From: a virus | Taxonomy: Duplodnaviria > Caudoviricetes | IMG/VR virus record: IMGVR_UViG_3300020441_000003 | Coordinates: 25,546 to 89,545 of that record | Strand: one strand, 5' to 3' | DNA length: 64,000 nt | Shown here: positions 1-8,846 of the stretch, one piece after another | Layout of the letters: every line of letters starts with the position of its first letter | How positions within the stretch are numbered: position 1 is the stretch's first letter | Notes under the pieces: generated by a model | The model's input: the letters and a program-made list of their open reading frames with translations, nothing else | Database searches by the model: none | Told to the model about the DNA's origin: nothing | Program-made: the position numbers and the translations under genes

Positions 1-894
1 ATTTACATTATCTTTTCGCCAATCGGGGTCTATCGCCCTTAAACCTAATAATGTATCTGCATTGATAAGAGTATTACCAGTTCCTAAGAAACTATTACCA
101 TACTCTTGTTCAAACTGTGCATCTGATGTATTTGCAATGGTCATCTTCTTCCATTCTTCATCTCGACCTGGCACATCAAACCAGTTGATTAGAAAACTTT
201 TATACTCTGAGTTACCATGCACTGCGCTTTCATATATCTTATGAAACATATTACCCACACCATTTGCAGTAGATGTTATAATAACTTTAGAATCTTTACC
301 TGATGTGATTACAGGATATGTTGCAGTATAAAATGTTTCTGCATCTTCTACGAATGCAAACTCATCAAGATATAACATGTTGATTGACATACCACGAATC
401 GAACTTGATGATGTAGCGGCCGCCACAAGTTTACTATCATTACCAAACTCTATATTACCTTTATTCAGTATCTTTACGCCTGGTTGTAAGAAGAATGGAA
501 CGGTTTCCAACATGGTTACAATACGAGATACCATCTCTCTAGCAATCGCACCTTTGTTCGCCAGAATCGCAACGGTGACTTCTGGTGTGAATAGGAGATA
601 CCATAGTAGATATGCACAAGATGTTATTGATTTACCAGACTGGCGAGCAGCTAATACTACACTAAATCTATTATCGTTAAAATGATTGATTAATTTCTCT
701 TGATATCCTCGAAGATTAAAAGGCACAAGTCCTTCATCTAGAGATATAATCTGAGTATATTTTTCTATAAAATGTGTAGGGTCACTAGAACACTTTTGAT
801 ATTCTGCAATCTGTTCTTCGGTGTATTGTGTTTCTACACCTGCTCTTTTGATTAGATTATTACCTAGATAACCCTCATTTTTTGGTTGAACCAT
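1..894 (-). CDS. gp17: Terminase large subunit, N-terminal part (runs off window start)
   Basis: Manual translation from ATG at 894: MVQPKNEGYLGNNLIKRAG...VVLAARQSGKSIT (Walker A)...MLYLDEFAF (Walker B). Absent from the ORF track because it is truncated. Confidence 0.95.
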   Translation of the reverse strand, partial: MVQPKNEGYLGNNLIKRAGVETQYTEEQIAEYQKCSSDPTHFIEKYTQIISLDEGLVPFNLRGYQEKLINHFNDNRFSVVLAARQSGKSITSCAYLLWYLLFTPEVTVAILANKGAIAREMVSRIVTMLETVPFFLQPGVKILNKGNIEFGNDSKLVAAATSSSSIRGMSINMLYLDEFAFVEDAETFYTATYPVITSGKDSKVIITSTANGVGNMFHKIYESAVHGNSEYKSFLINWFDVPGRDEEWKKMTIANTSDAQFEQEYGNSFLGTGNTLINADTLLGLRAIDPDWRKDNVN

Positions 895-896
895 AT

Positions 897-1292
897 TTAA
901 TCTTTATTCTTTTTGAGAAACTTCTGCAACTCTGATGTTGAACCCACATATAAGTGGTTATGTTGTGTGCCTACTTTTTGTTCTTCATCTTCTAGTTTTT
1001 TTAATTTACTTTGTAAGTCAATAAGTTTCTCTGCTGTTTCTCCTACAGTTTTAATTAATTGACCTGCAACTTCGTAAGCTCTAGGGTGTTCTGTTTCTTT
1101 TGATAACTGTAAAATACCATCGATTGCATCTTGACCTCTTTCTACTAAACCATAGAGATTTTCTCTTGCATATCTATAATCAGTTTCAATATTTTCTGAT
1201 CTTTCAGGAACTTTTACTATTTCTGTTTTTTTCTTAATATCAGATTCGATATTTAGTATATCATCTAATTGTTGATCTATTTCTTTTGCCAT
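897..1292 (-). CDS. gp16: Terminase small subunit
   Basis: DYRYARENLY...HPRAYEVAGQLIK motif; directly upstream of gp17. Confidence 0.9.
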   Translation of the reverse strand: MAKEIDQQLDDILNIESDIKKKTEIVKVPERSENIETDYRYARENLYGLVERGQDAIDGILQLSKETEHPRAYEVAGQLIKTVGETAEKLIDLQSKLKKLEDEEQKVGTQHNHLYVGSTSELQKFLKKNKD

Positions 1293-1294
1293 AA

Positions 1295-2350
1295 TTAACT
1301 TGCATCTTCGGTCTGATTCTCACTAAATGTATCTTCAGCACCATCATCGTAAAATTTCACATTCTCTGCAACTACAAATGTATCTGTTGGGTCAACAGAA
1401 CCTACAAACTTCAATGTAGTATTTGCAGGTATTGTTATTGCACTACTTACTACAATAGACAATTTATTACTAGCTATACTAGAGATAGTCGGATTCGTTG
1501 TTAAGTTTGTTCCGAACACTTCGTTGCCTACTGCTATCTTAGTATTTATTGCAGTATCAAAAGTAACCGTGGTCGAACTAGATACTGCATTTGCAACTTC
1601 ACCAAATGCAGGTTCGTAATGTTTTACTTCTTTAATTAGACCTGAACTATTGATTTGTGTTGTCGTAAATCCTGGGTCTGTTGTAAATTCTCCACTTGGT
1701 ATGTAAGTTCTTTCGATAACATTCTTAATCATTCTGCCAGTGTAAATAGGTCCGAAGAAGTATGTTTTCATTTGAAAATCAAGAGTATATTCTATAATTC
1801 TTCTATCTTCAAAACTGCCCTCATATTCATCTGAGAAAGATACACCATTTAAAACTATAGGCACATCTCTGTTATCGGGTATGCCATCAACCATTTTCAT
1901 TGTGACTGTATATTCTGGTTGAAAATATGGTATAATTTGTTCTACTATTTGCAATGCTTCATTCATATTTTTTGCAAGAATAGAAAGTGTAAAGTTTAAA
2001 TTATATGGCGCAGGTGCGTATTGAAACCCTCTTTTACCATCTGATTCATATTGATTCTTGACTGATCTGATTAATTTATTTTGTTGTCTCTGTGCATCGT
2101 ATTCAAAACCTGTAAGTTCAAATGCCATACGAGGCAGTGTAATCGCACTTCTATTTCTATCTGATAGATTAGGTTCTTCTGCAAGTCTATCTAAAAACTT
2201 TTGTTTAGGGCCATAGGATATAGGAACTCTAAATTGAGACAATACGGTGCCATCAGATTTAACTTTTTTTACATCCACATTATTAAACATTGTGCCAAAA
2301 ACAGACACACATCGTTTAATAGTTTCATTATAGAAATATGTTCCAAACAT
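1295..2350 (-). CDS. gp15: Tail sheath stabilizer / tail terminator with extra C-terminal domain
   Basis: MFGTYFYNETIKR...VPISYGPKQKFL...LPRM and synteny gp14-gp15-gp16. Confidence 0.93.
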   Translation of the reverse strand: MFGTYFYNETIKRCVSVFGTMFNNVDVKKVKSDGTVLSQFRVPISYGPKQKFLDRLAEEPNLSDRNRSAITLPRMAFELTGFEYDAQRQQNKLIRSVKNQYESDGKRGFQYAPAPYNLNFTLSILAKNMNEALQIVEQIIPYFQPEYTVTMKMVDGIPDNRDVPIVLNGVSFSDEYEGSFEDRRIIEYTLDFQMKTYFFGPIYTGRMIKNVIERTYIPSGEFTTDPGFTTTQINSSGLIKEVKHYEPAFGEVANAVSSSTTVTFDTAINTKIAVGNEVFGTNLTTNPTISSIASNKLSIVVSSAITIPANTTLKFVGSVDPTDTFVVAENVKFYDDGAEDTFSENQTEDAS

Positions 2351-2565
2351 TATGCGTTCTCTTCGATATACTCTTTTATTTTGCCAACTGTATCTAGACT
2401 CTCTGCATCTTCATCTGGTATTTGTATATCAAATTGATTTTCAAATTCCATTATTAATTCTACAGTATGCAAAGAATCTGCACCTAAGTCATCTATAATA
2501 TGTTTATCATCTGTCACTTCTGACAAATCAAGACCTAAATGGTCTGCAATTATTTTCTCTATCAT
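2350..2565 (-). CDS. acpP: Acyl carrier protein
   Basis: DDLGADSLHTVELIMEFENQFDIQIPDEDAE: phosphopantetheine-attachment DSL motif; acidic, 71 aa. Confidence 0.93.
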   Translation of the reverse strand: MIEKIIADHLGLDLSEVTDDKHIIDDLGADSLHTVELIMEFENQFDIQIPDEDAESLDTVGKIKEYIEENA

Positions 2566-3419
2566 TATGGTTCTCCAAATGGATTTACTTCACTCAGATC
2601 AAGATAATTAGAATCTTGGTCTTCAAAGTCTTTGTTTTGAGCAGATGCATCATTACTAAACACCATTCTATCATCAATAGAGTTTATAGTATATTGTGCT
2701 GTTGATGTGGCACCCACTAACACATCAGTTGTTGCAAGTGTCGTAGTGACATCTTTAATTGTAAGTTTACTTGTAATATTATTCCACGCAACAACTTCAC
2801 CAACAACAGTTCCACTCTTAGTTATATTTTCATTCACAACATAATTTTGACCGTTACCACTAGCCATTGTCATAACAGTTGTATATGCTTGTTCATCTTC
2901 GATAAGATCGATATCACCGATACCTGTATCAAAGTCTTCTTGACTGTATTCAAACAATTCACATTGTAATTTAAACACAAATAGTTTACCCACTTGATAA
3001 AATGGGTCTTCATGTTCTACGAATTTGATTTCAAACATAGAACCTGATAATGGGAAGTAAATTAAATCTCCTTCATTAGGTCTGAATGATGTTGCAAGAT
3101 TATCATCTAAAGATATGAATCTTTCCCATGTTCTTAATGATATGATAAATGTCGCTTGGTCTCTGATTTGAACACCAAACTTAGACATGAGATCACCCTC
3201 ACCCTCGAAACCATCGGTGTTCTCAATATACATTTCAACTTGATAAGAATCACCAAATTTAGATTGCACATCTTCATTTAAGATTGAATCTTCTTCGATT
3301 ACTTCTCTAGGCAGATAAAAGACATTATGCCCATACATGCGTAGGGCTTCAACAACTAAATCTTCGTATAGATGTTGTTCTGTCTGGACTGCATGATTAA
3401 AAAATACATTTGTTGGCAT
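2565..3419 (-). CDS. gp14: Neck protein
   Basis: EQHLYEDLVVEALRMYGHNVFYLPRE...PNEGDLIYFP...FYQVGK. Confidence 0.93.
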   Translation of the reverse strand: MPTNVFFNHAVQTEQHLYEDLVVEALRMYGHNVFYLPREVIEEDSILNEDVQSKFGDSYQVEMYIENTDGFEGEGDLMSKFGVQIRDQATFIISLRTWERFISLDDNLATSFRPNEGDLIYFPLSGSMFEIKFVEHEDPFYQVGKLFVFKLQCELFEYSQEDFDTGIGDIDLIEDEQAYTTVMTMASGNGQNYVVNENITKSGTVVGEVVAWNNITSKLTIKDVTTTLATTDVLVGATSTAQYTINSIDDRMVFSNDASAQNKDFEDQDSNYLDLSEVNPFGEP

Positions 3420-3423
3420 ATCA

Positions 3424-4239
3424 CTATCCTATCATGTCCATAGGTAACATGTCATGATTAAGTCTCGCTTCCTCTTCTAGTCTTGTTATTTCTTCCTGTG
3501 CTTCTGTTTTTAATTGTTGTCCATCAAGTGTCACACCACCAGGTAATGCGATACCTTGAAACTTAGATAGGTTTTCACCCCATTGATATTTGACTTTTGC
3601 AGTTGCATATTTTTTCAACCACATATCATTATAGATATCTGTAAAGTCTGTAGGGTCAAGTTTTCTATAACACTCTATAATTATAAACTCGTTGTTGTTT
3701 ATCATGTCTACATCCATATCTAAGTATAATCTATTTTGGTGTTGATTAAATCTGATAGGTTGTCGACCAACTAGAATGTTATCTAGTAATCTTATGTGTT
3801 GTTGCACCATTTCGTAATATAATACATTTGTTGCAGTTAAATCATATAAGTCATTGAGTCTTAATTGATATCTTAAATCAAACATATTTAAGTTATGTTT
3901 ATCATTAAAAGGAAAGATATTCATAACTGCCATTACAAAATCAGGCAATACTACATAATTTTGTTGTTGTTTAAATTGTTCGTCTGTATATGCATGTGTT
4001 CCAGCGGCTGTCTCTGTAAATGATTCATCAGTCTTCATTGTTGTAATTTTTGAATCAGTAATCTGATGTTTGAGATACATCTTCATAGAACCCTCATAAT
4101 GATACTGGTGAAAGTATTGTAGCGCTTCGTCTATTCTATCATCAAACTGGTCATCATCGACATTGATTTCTAGAACAGGTGCACCAAGAGCTCTCTTGAT
4201 GTATGCTTTTAATGTTGCTTTGCTATTTGGTGATGCCAT
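3424..4239 (-). CDS. gp13: Neck protein
   Basis: LGAPVLEINVDDDQ...DEALQYF...WGENLSKFQGIALPGGVTLDG. Confidence 0.95.
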   Translation of the reverse strand: MASPNSKATLKAYIKRALGAPVLEINVDDDQFDDRIDEALQYFHQYHYEGSMKMYLKHQITDSKITTMKTDESFTETAAGTHAYTDEQFKQQQNYVVLPDFVMAVMNIFPFNDKHNLNMFDLRYQLRLNDLYDLTATNVLYYEMVQQHIRLLDNILVGRQPIRFNQHQNRLYLDMDVDMINNNEFIIIECYRKLDPTDFTDIYNDMWLKKYATAKVKYQWGENLSKFQGIALPGGVTLDGQQLKTEAQEEITRLEEEARLNHDMLPMDMIG

Positions 4240-4277
4240 AGTAATATTCCTGTCTAATATTACTATTTATGTGAAAT

Positions 4278-4538
4278 CTATTCTTGAAAATAAGTTCTTT
4301 GTTGAAGTCTATCTATTTTTTCATCTATCTTATCTATAGAGTCCATGAGTCTTTCGAAAGTCGCTTCCATACTTTCTCTGGTTACATAATCTTTGGCTAT
4401 CTCTTCTCTTGTTTTATTGATAAGAATATCAAGTCTTTTTTGTTCACCAAGTATTGATCTCATCAAAAAACCTAATGGCAAAATGACTATTGTTAGAACA
4501 ATGTTCCAAAGAACTTCGGGATTTACTGCTATTTCCAT
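4278..4538 (-). CDS. Small protein with N-terminal TM helix and coiled coil
   Basis: VLWNIVLTIVILPLGFLM hydrophobic stretch; preceded by TAAATA near 4544-4549. Confidence 0.7.
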   Translation of the reverse strand: MEIAVNPEVLWNIVLTIVILPLGFLMRSILGEQKRLDILINKTREEIAKDYVTRESMEATFERLMDSIDKIDEKIDRLQQRTYFQE

Positions 4539-4546
4539 ACAACTAT

Positions 4547-5263
4547 TTAGTAAATAAAGTCGCCGTTTTCATCTACTTCCCACTCTAAATCATGATTTTT
4601 TATGTTCTGTCTTTCTCGTCCACCAGTCACATCCCAATTAAAAGAAATACTGTATCTATCTTTTTGAGTTAGATTAGGTTCGACCATATGCATGAGACCA
4701 CTAGGAAAAAGATATAGATCACCAGTCTTTGGTCTAACTCCCCATGACTCCCATATTCTTGCCTGTGAAGAAGGAAAGTTTGAAACTATTTTATGGTCTG
4801 TATCAACCATTCTAAGATCACCCTCATCTCCTTCTGCTTGAATAAAGAATACACCTGAATAAAAACAACCATTATGTAAGTGTGGGGCGTTCCAAGCGCC
4901 TGGATAGTTAATGTTTGCCCATGAGTTATGCAACTCTATCTTTGCTGAATCTTTTTCGATTCCGAGAAAAGGAACAAGTTCATCTCTAAATTCTCTTTTA
5001 ATTTGTCTTAATGCACGAATAAAAACAGGATTTTTATCTATACCATCTATTGATTGCCAACCATTTCTATTAGATATATTTCTACCTTTGGGGTCACGCT
5101 TTCTCATTGCATCAATTTCTTCTTTCAATGCAACCATATATTCTGGTGTAATCTCAGAACATTTATCTCTATCAAGATATTGTTTAGTTAAAACGAATGT
5201 TGGAAATAATAATTTAATCATCTTTTTCACTCTTATGAAAAGGACACTCAGGTGGTGGTTCAT
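4547..5263 (-). CDS. 2OG-Fe(II) oxygenase-like protein (TIGR02466-like)
   Basis: WANINYPGAWNAPHLHNGCFYSGVFFI...GDLYLFPSGLMHMVEPN...RYSISFN. Real start probably the second Met (MIKLLFPT). Confidence 0.82.
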   Translation of the reverse strand: MNHHLSVLFIRVKKMIKLLFPTFVLTKQYLDRDKCSEITPEYMVALKEEIDAMRKRDPKGRNISNRNGWQSIDGIDKNPVFIRALRQIKREFRDELVPFLGIEKDSAKIELHNSWANINYPGAWNAPHLHNGCFYSGVFFIQAEGDEGDLRMVDTDHKIVSNFPSSQARIWESWGVRPKTGDLYLFPSGLMHMVEPNLTQKDRYSISFNWDVTGGRERQNIKNHDLEWEVDENGDFIY

Positions 5264-6053
5264 CTTCTTTATAGAACTGACCTTTCTCTTGCCAATATCC
5301 TTCTAGACGATAAGGACCCATTTTACCGTCTTTCTTCATGTCATCATATTTAGTTCGACCCATTTCATCCATTGTTGGCATATCATCATGTGCAGTATAC
5401 TTACTTCTATTATCGTGCCAAGTTTGTGAATCTTTCAATTGATATGTTGCAACCCATTCTTCCCTTTTGTAAGGTATTATTTGAACTAATGGTGTGCCTT
5501 TCTTAATTACAAATGAATGGTCTACTTTTGGATAAAAAATTATTTGTGAGTTATCATAATTAGTATTAAACTTATCTGTATCAATTATTCCATGCCATGT
5601 AGAAAAGAATTTGTTTTGATGTAAAAATGGGTCAACATAAAAACAAGAATATCCTGGCGGTGTTTTAATATTCCAGGCACTTCTCATTTTAAATGCATCT
5701 CTAACTGGATTATCACCACCTAGATATTCAAATGTATGGTCTACTTGATCTGCTGGGTGTGATGGCGAATTGTAATTGCCTTTCTCATCTTTAGTTATAT
5801 AACTAGAACTGTTTTCTGAAAATCTATCAGCGCCTACTAAAACTTGCATATCTCTATTTGCAGTTATAAACCATCCTGATTTTGTCCAGTCATGCATAGC
5901 TGGACATGCACGAATAGTCTGAGTAAACTTACCTCTAATAGATTGATTTACTTTCATTTTTTTCCACCAATCAGGTAATAAACTCTTTGCAAGAACTGGT
6001 TTAAAGTCTCTTAAACTATCTTCATTGAATGTTATAAAGTCTATTGTAGGCAT
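5214..6053 (-). CDS. Conserved phage protein, beta-rich (dUTPase/cupin-like fold suspected)
   Basis: TIRACPAM...W.IKTPPGYSC...KKGTPLVQIIPYKREEW pattern, often found beside phage oxygenases. Confidence 0.6.
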   Translation of the reverse strand: MPTIDFITFNEDSLRDFKPVLAKSLLPDWWKKMKVNQSIRGKFTQTIRACPAMHDWTKSGWFITANRDMQVLVGADRFSENSSSYITKDEKGNYNSPSHPADQVDHTFEYLGGDNPVRDAFKMRSAWNIKTPPGYSCFYVDPFLHQNKFFSTWHGIIDTDKFNTNYDNSQIIFYPKVDHSFVIKKGTPLVQIIPYKREEWVATYQLKDSQTWHDNRSKYTAHDDMPTMDEMGRTKYDDMKKDGKMGPYRLEGYWQEKGQFYKEDEPPPECPFHKSEKDD

Positions 6054-6724
6054 GTTAATTCTACCTCGTCCCCTCTCAATACGATTGATCTTCTATCTGC
6101 ATATCTAGCTCTTTCGTTAGGCGCATCTGCACCGTGTGGTATTCTTCCGTCAAACATAAGTAATCTATTTGGTTTAAAATCAACTTCTGCTATTTGATGA
6201 TTTTCTATATGTTCATTTCTGCCTTCTAAACCTTGTTGATGTTCATTATAAAATCTCAATGTTCCGCCCCAATCATCATTCCAAAAAGTATTGTAATAGT
6301 ATAGAAAAGATAAATTATAATCATCATCTTTGTCACAATCTGAATGTGTAGTTCCGTGTTGACCATATGTTTGTGAATTAGTTCCCATATATTGAAATCT
6401 TATCCAATCAAATCCAAAATCAGTTTTTATTTTATCATTCAAATATTTTGCCATATATGTATATTGTTTTGGAATATCTTCAATCATTTGACCATTTTTT
6501 GCAGTAAAGAAACTTGAACCCCAAAATTGATGGTGAGGCAAACCTGTTTTACTTTGACCTCTAACAGAATTTGTTTTAGACCATGTTGGCATATTTGTTA
6601 TCTGTTGATTTAAAAAATGATGCAATGATTGTTCTAGATAATTGTCTATTACATATACTTTATCTAAAGGCAATTTATCAATATGAAAAGGTTTATCAAC
6701 CTTAACTATTTCTAAAGAGTTCAT
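6041..6724 (-). CDS. 2OG-Fe(II) oxygenase (prolyl hydroxylase-like)
   Basis: HSD (HxD), WNDDWGGTLRFY, PNRLLMFDGRIPHGA...R.SIVLR. Confidence 0.88.
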   Translation of the reverse strand: MNSLEIVKVDKPFHIDKLPLDKVYVIDNYLEQSLHHFLNQQITNMPTWSKTNSVRGQSKTGLPHHQFWGSSFFTAKNGQMIEDIPKQYTYMAKYLNDKIKTDFGFDWIRFQYMGTNSQTYGQHGTTHSDCDKDDDYNLSFLYYYNTFWNDDWGGTLRFYNEHQQGLEGRNEHIENHQIAEVDFKPNRLLMFDGRIPHGADAPNERARYADRRSIVLRGDEVELTCLQ

Positions 6725-7275
6725 TAGTCTATGAAAGCTTTTTGTGGTGGCGGTATTAGATTTGCATAATCTTCAAATGGTTTTAAAACATCTTCTCTAG
6801 TTGACTGTATTTCATTAGCAACATTGATGTATACATTCCAGACGGCATCATAATACTCTAATACTCTTCTTGCATCTGATCTTAAAGGGTGATTTGAACC
6901 CTCTCTGCCAGCCGCTATAACATCTATAGAATCTGTGAATCCATATGATTCAGATTGTTGATACACATAATCTTTACACATTTCATTTAGATTTTCTGAA
7001 TATTGATTGTTTAGATTTACATTTTCTGGTGGTGCAGAATTTTCAATGTAAGTTTCTATTGCATCTATTTCAGTATCGTTTAGATTTACTTTCACTTGTT
7101 CATCAAAACAGACATTATCTTTCCATTCTAGTATTTTAACTTCTATGTCGTCATAGACTACAACATCGTATTCAAATCCTAATTCAGGTTTATCTGTATT
7201 TTCAAAGTTGTATTGTAATCCATTCGGTTTTCTAACAGTTAGAGTTCCGTTTTCATCGTATATAAACATATTCAT
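6724..7275 (-). CDS. Tail-fibre assembly chaperone-like protein
   Basis: C-terminal YGF.D.I.V...S.HP.R.DA..VLEYYDAVW pattern resembles phage fibre chaperones; lies just downstream of the fibre genes. Confidence 0.5.
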   Translation of the reverse strand: MNMFIYDENGTLTVRKPNGLQYNFENTDKPELGFEYDVVVYDDIEVKILEWKDNVCFDEQVKVNLNDTEIDAIETYIENSAPPENVNLNNQYSENLNEMCKDYVYQQSESYGFTDSIDVIAAGREGSNHPLRSDARRVLEYYDAVWNVYINVANEIQSTREDVLKPFEDYANLIPPPQKAFID

Positions 7276-7292
7276 AATAACTCCATTATATC

Positions 7293-8831
7293 TTAATTGT
7301 TATGTTTTGCCAATAGTTTTTCGTAAATATTTAGGTGTTGTATCTCAGATGTATCCATACCCTCAATCCAAGGTCCGCCTCTTGTGTAATGAACTGCAAG
7401 TGGTCTCCATACTTTATCTGTATATGCATGTCCTTCTGTAATTACAAACCATTCTGGTATTTCTGATATTGCATCAGTCCATTCAAATTGATGTAAGTAT
7501 TTTCCTGTTTCTGTATTCACTACTTCTGGTGTTAGTTTTTTACAGTCTTCATGACCATTATTAAATATCATAAGCGAGGACCAAAGTTTCTTCGGATATG
7601 ATACATTCTTTTCACCTGTAAATTTAGTTTCAGGATACTTATCAAAGTCGTATTGTATACATGCAACTGCATCATCAGGATTCATAAAGTAAAACATAGG
7701 TAAAATACTTCCGTCAAATAGAATATCATCATCTAAAAAGATACTAAATCCTTCATAGTTTTCTAAATGTGGTATTAAAAATCTACTATATGTAAATTCA
7801 GTAGATTGATTTGCATAGTCTCTAGTATACTCAGGTATCTTTGAAATGTCAAGAAACTTTATTTCTGGTCGCCATTTAGACATCGAACCATTGATATCAC
7901 CTCCACCAAAACCATGATTTATACCTTTCTCTAAACATTTTTTACATAAGTCTGCAAGGTCTGTATGTCTTGAATCATAACCAACATATATGTTTAGTGG
8001 TTTACCTTTACATAACTTAGATACTTTTCTATTGAACTCATATACATTTTGTCTGAAAGATGTTTGAACTGATGCTTCGCAAGATATCTCTATGTAACCA
8101 TTAGAATAATTAAACGATATATTCTTATGACCTTTTTTTGTAAATTCATTTTCTTTTACATCTTCTATCAGTTCTTCAATAGTATATTCTGGTGAATCTA
8201 TAACATCAAACTCGTCCCAAATCCACATTGGCAATGTAGGGTCATCAAGTATTTCGAAGACACCTGATCTTACAGAACCTGGGTGTATTGCGAGTCTATA
8301 TTTATCATTGTGTCCTTCATTTACTTTACCTTGAATAGGATTCCAAAGTCCTTCTTTTCTAATACTGTCAATCAACCAATGTGCCTTTGCAGAATGATAA
8401 TAAGAAGAATTTAATGCATCTCTCTTTCTACCCTCATACTCATAGTCTACATTAGTAAAGTCACAATGATTACCTATTTCTTCATATTCATCATTAACAT
8501 TTTTAAAGTCCATGCCAGATTTGCCTGGTTCTGGAAGTTCAGGTTTTTCAGTATACCCATAAGGCAAAAAATATTGATAAGTAAATGATTGTGATTGTAA
8601 TTGATTCCAACCCCACATCTTACCGTCTTTAATAAGTTGTGCGATTTCACCCCATGTAGTTTTTTTGAGTTTAATACCTAAATGATCTTTCAACCACTTA
8701 AATGTTTTGTATGCATTTTCATCTTCGTATGGTTGATCTACTTCAAAACCACCTAAATGGTAATGAAAAAATTTATCCTTAGGTTCAGAAAATGTTTCTT
8801 TAACTTGTTCTAGAGTTTTTGATTTCATCAT
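7293..8831 (-). CDS. Fusion of a ParB/Srx-like domain and a GT-A (GT8-like) glycosyltransferase
   Basis: C-terminal IYVGYDSR...TEFTYSRFLIP...IFLDDD (DxD)...YPKKLWSSLMIFN...VHYTRGGPW; middle LIDSIRKEGLWNPI...IHPGSVR. Confidence 0.78.
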   Translation of the reverse strand: MMKSKTLEQVKETFSEPKDKFFHYHLGGFEVDQPYEDENAYKTFKWLKDHLGIKLKKTTWGEIAQLIKDGKMWGWNQLQSQSFTYQYFLPYGYTEKPELPEPGKSGMDFKNVNDEYEEIGNHCDFTNVDYEYEGRKRDALNSSYYHSAKAHWLIDSIRKEGLWNPIQGKVNEGHNDKYRLAIHPGSVRSGVFEILDDPTLPMWIWDEFDVIDSPEYTIEELIEDVKENEFTKKGHKNISFNYSNGYIEISCEASVQTSFRQNVYEFNRKVSKLCKGKPLNIYVGYDSRHTDLADLCKKCLEKGINHGFGGGDINGSMSKWRPEIKFLDISKIPEYTRDYANQSTEFTYSRFLIPHLENYEGFSIFLDDDILFDGSILPMFYFMNPDDAVACIQYDFDKYPETKFTGEKNVSYPKKLWSSLMIFNNGHEDCKKLTPEVVNTETGKYLHQFEWTDAISEIPEWFVITEGHAYTDKVWRPLAVHYTRGGPWIEGMDTSEIQHLNIYEKLLAKHNN

Positions 8832-8846
8832 ATAGTTTCATAATAT

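Noticed and set aside
62-685. Plus-strand ORFs 62-244 and 377-685
   Set aside because: They lie antisense to the terminase large subunit.
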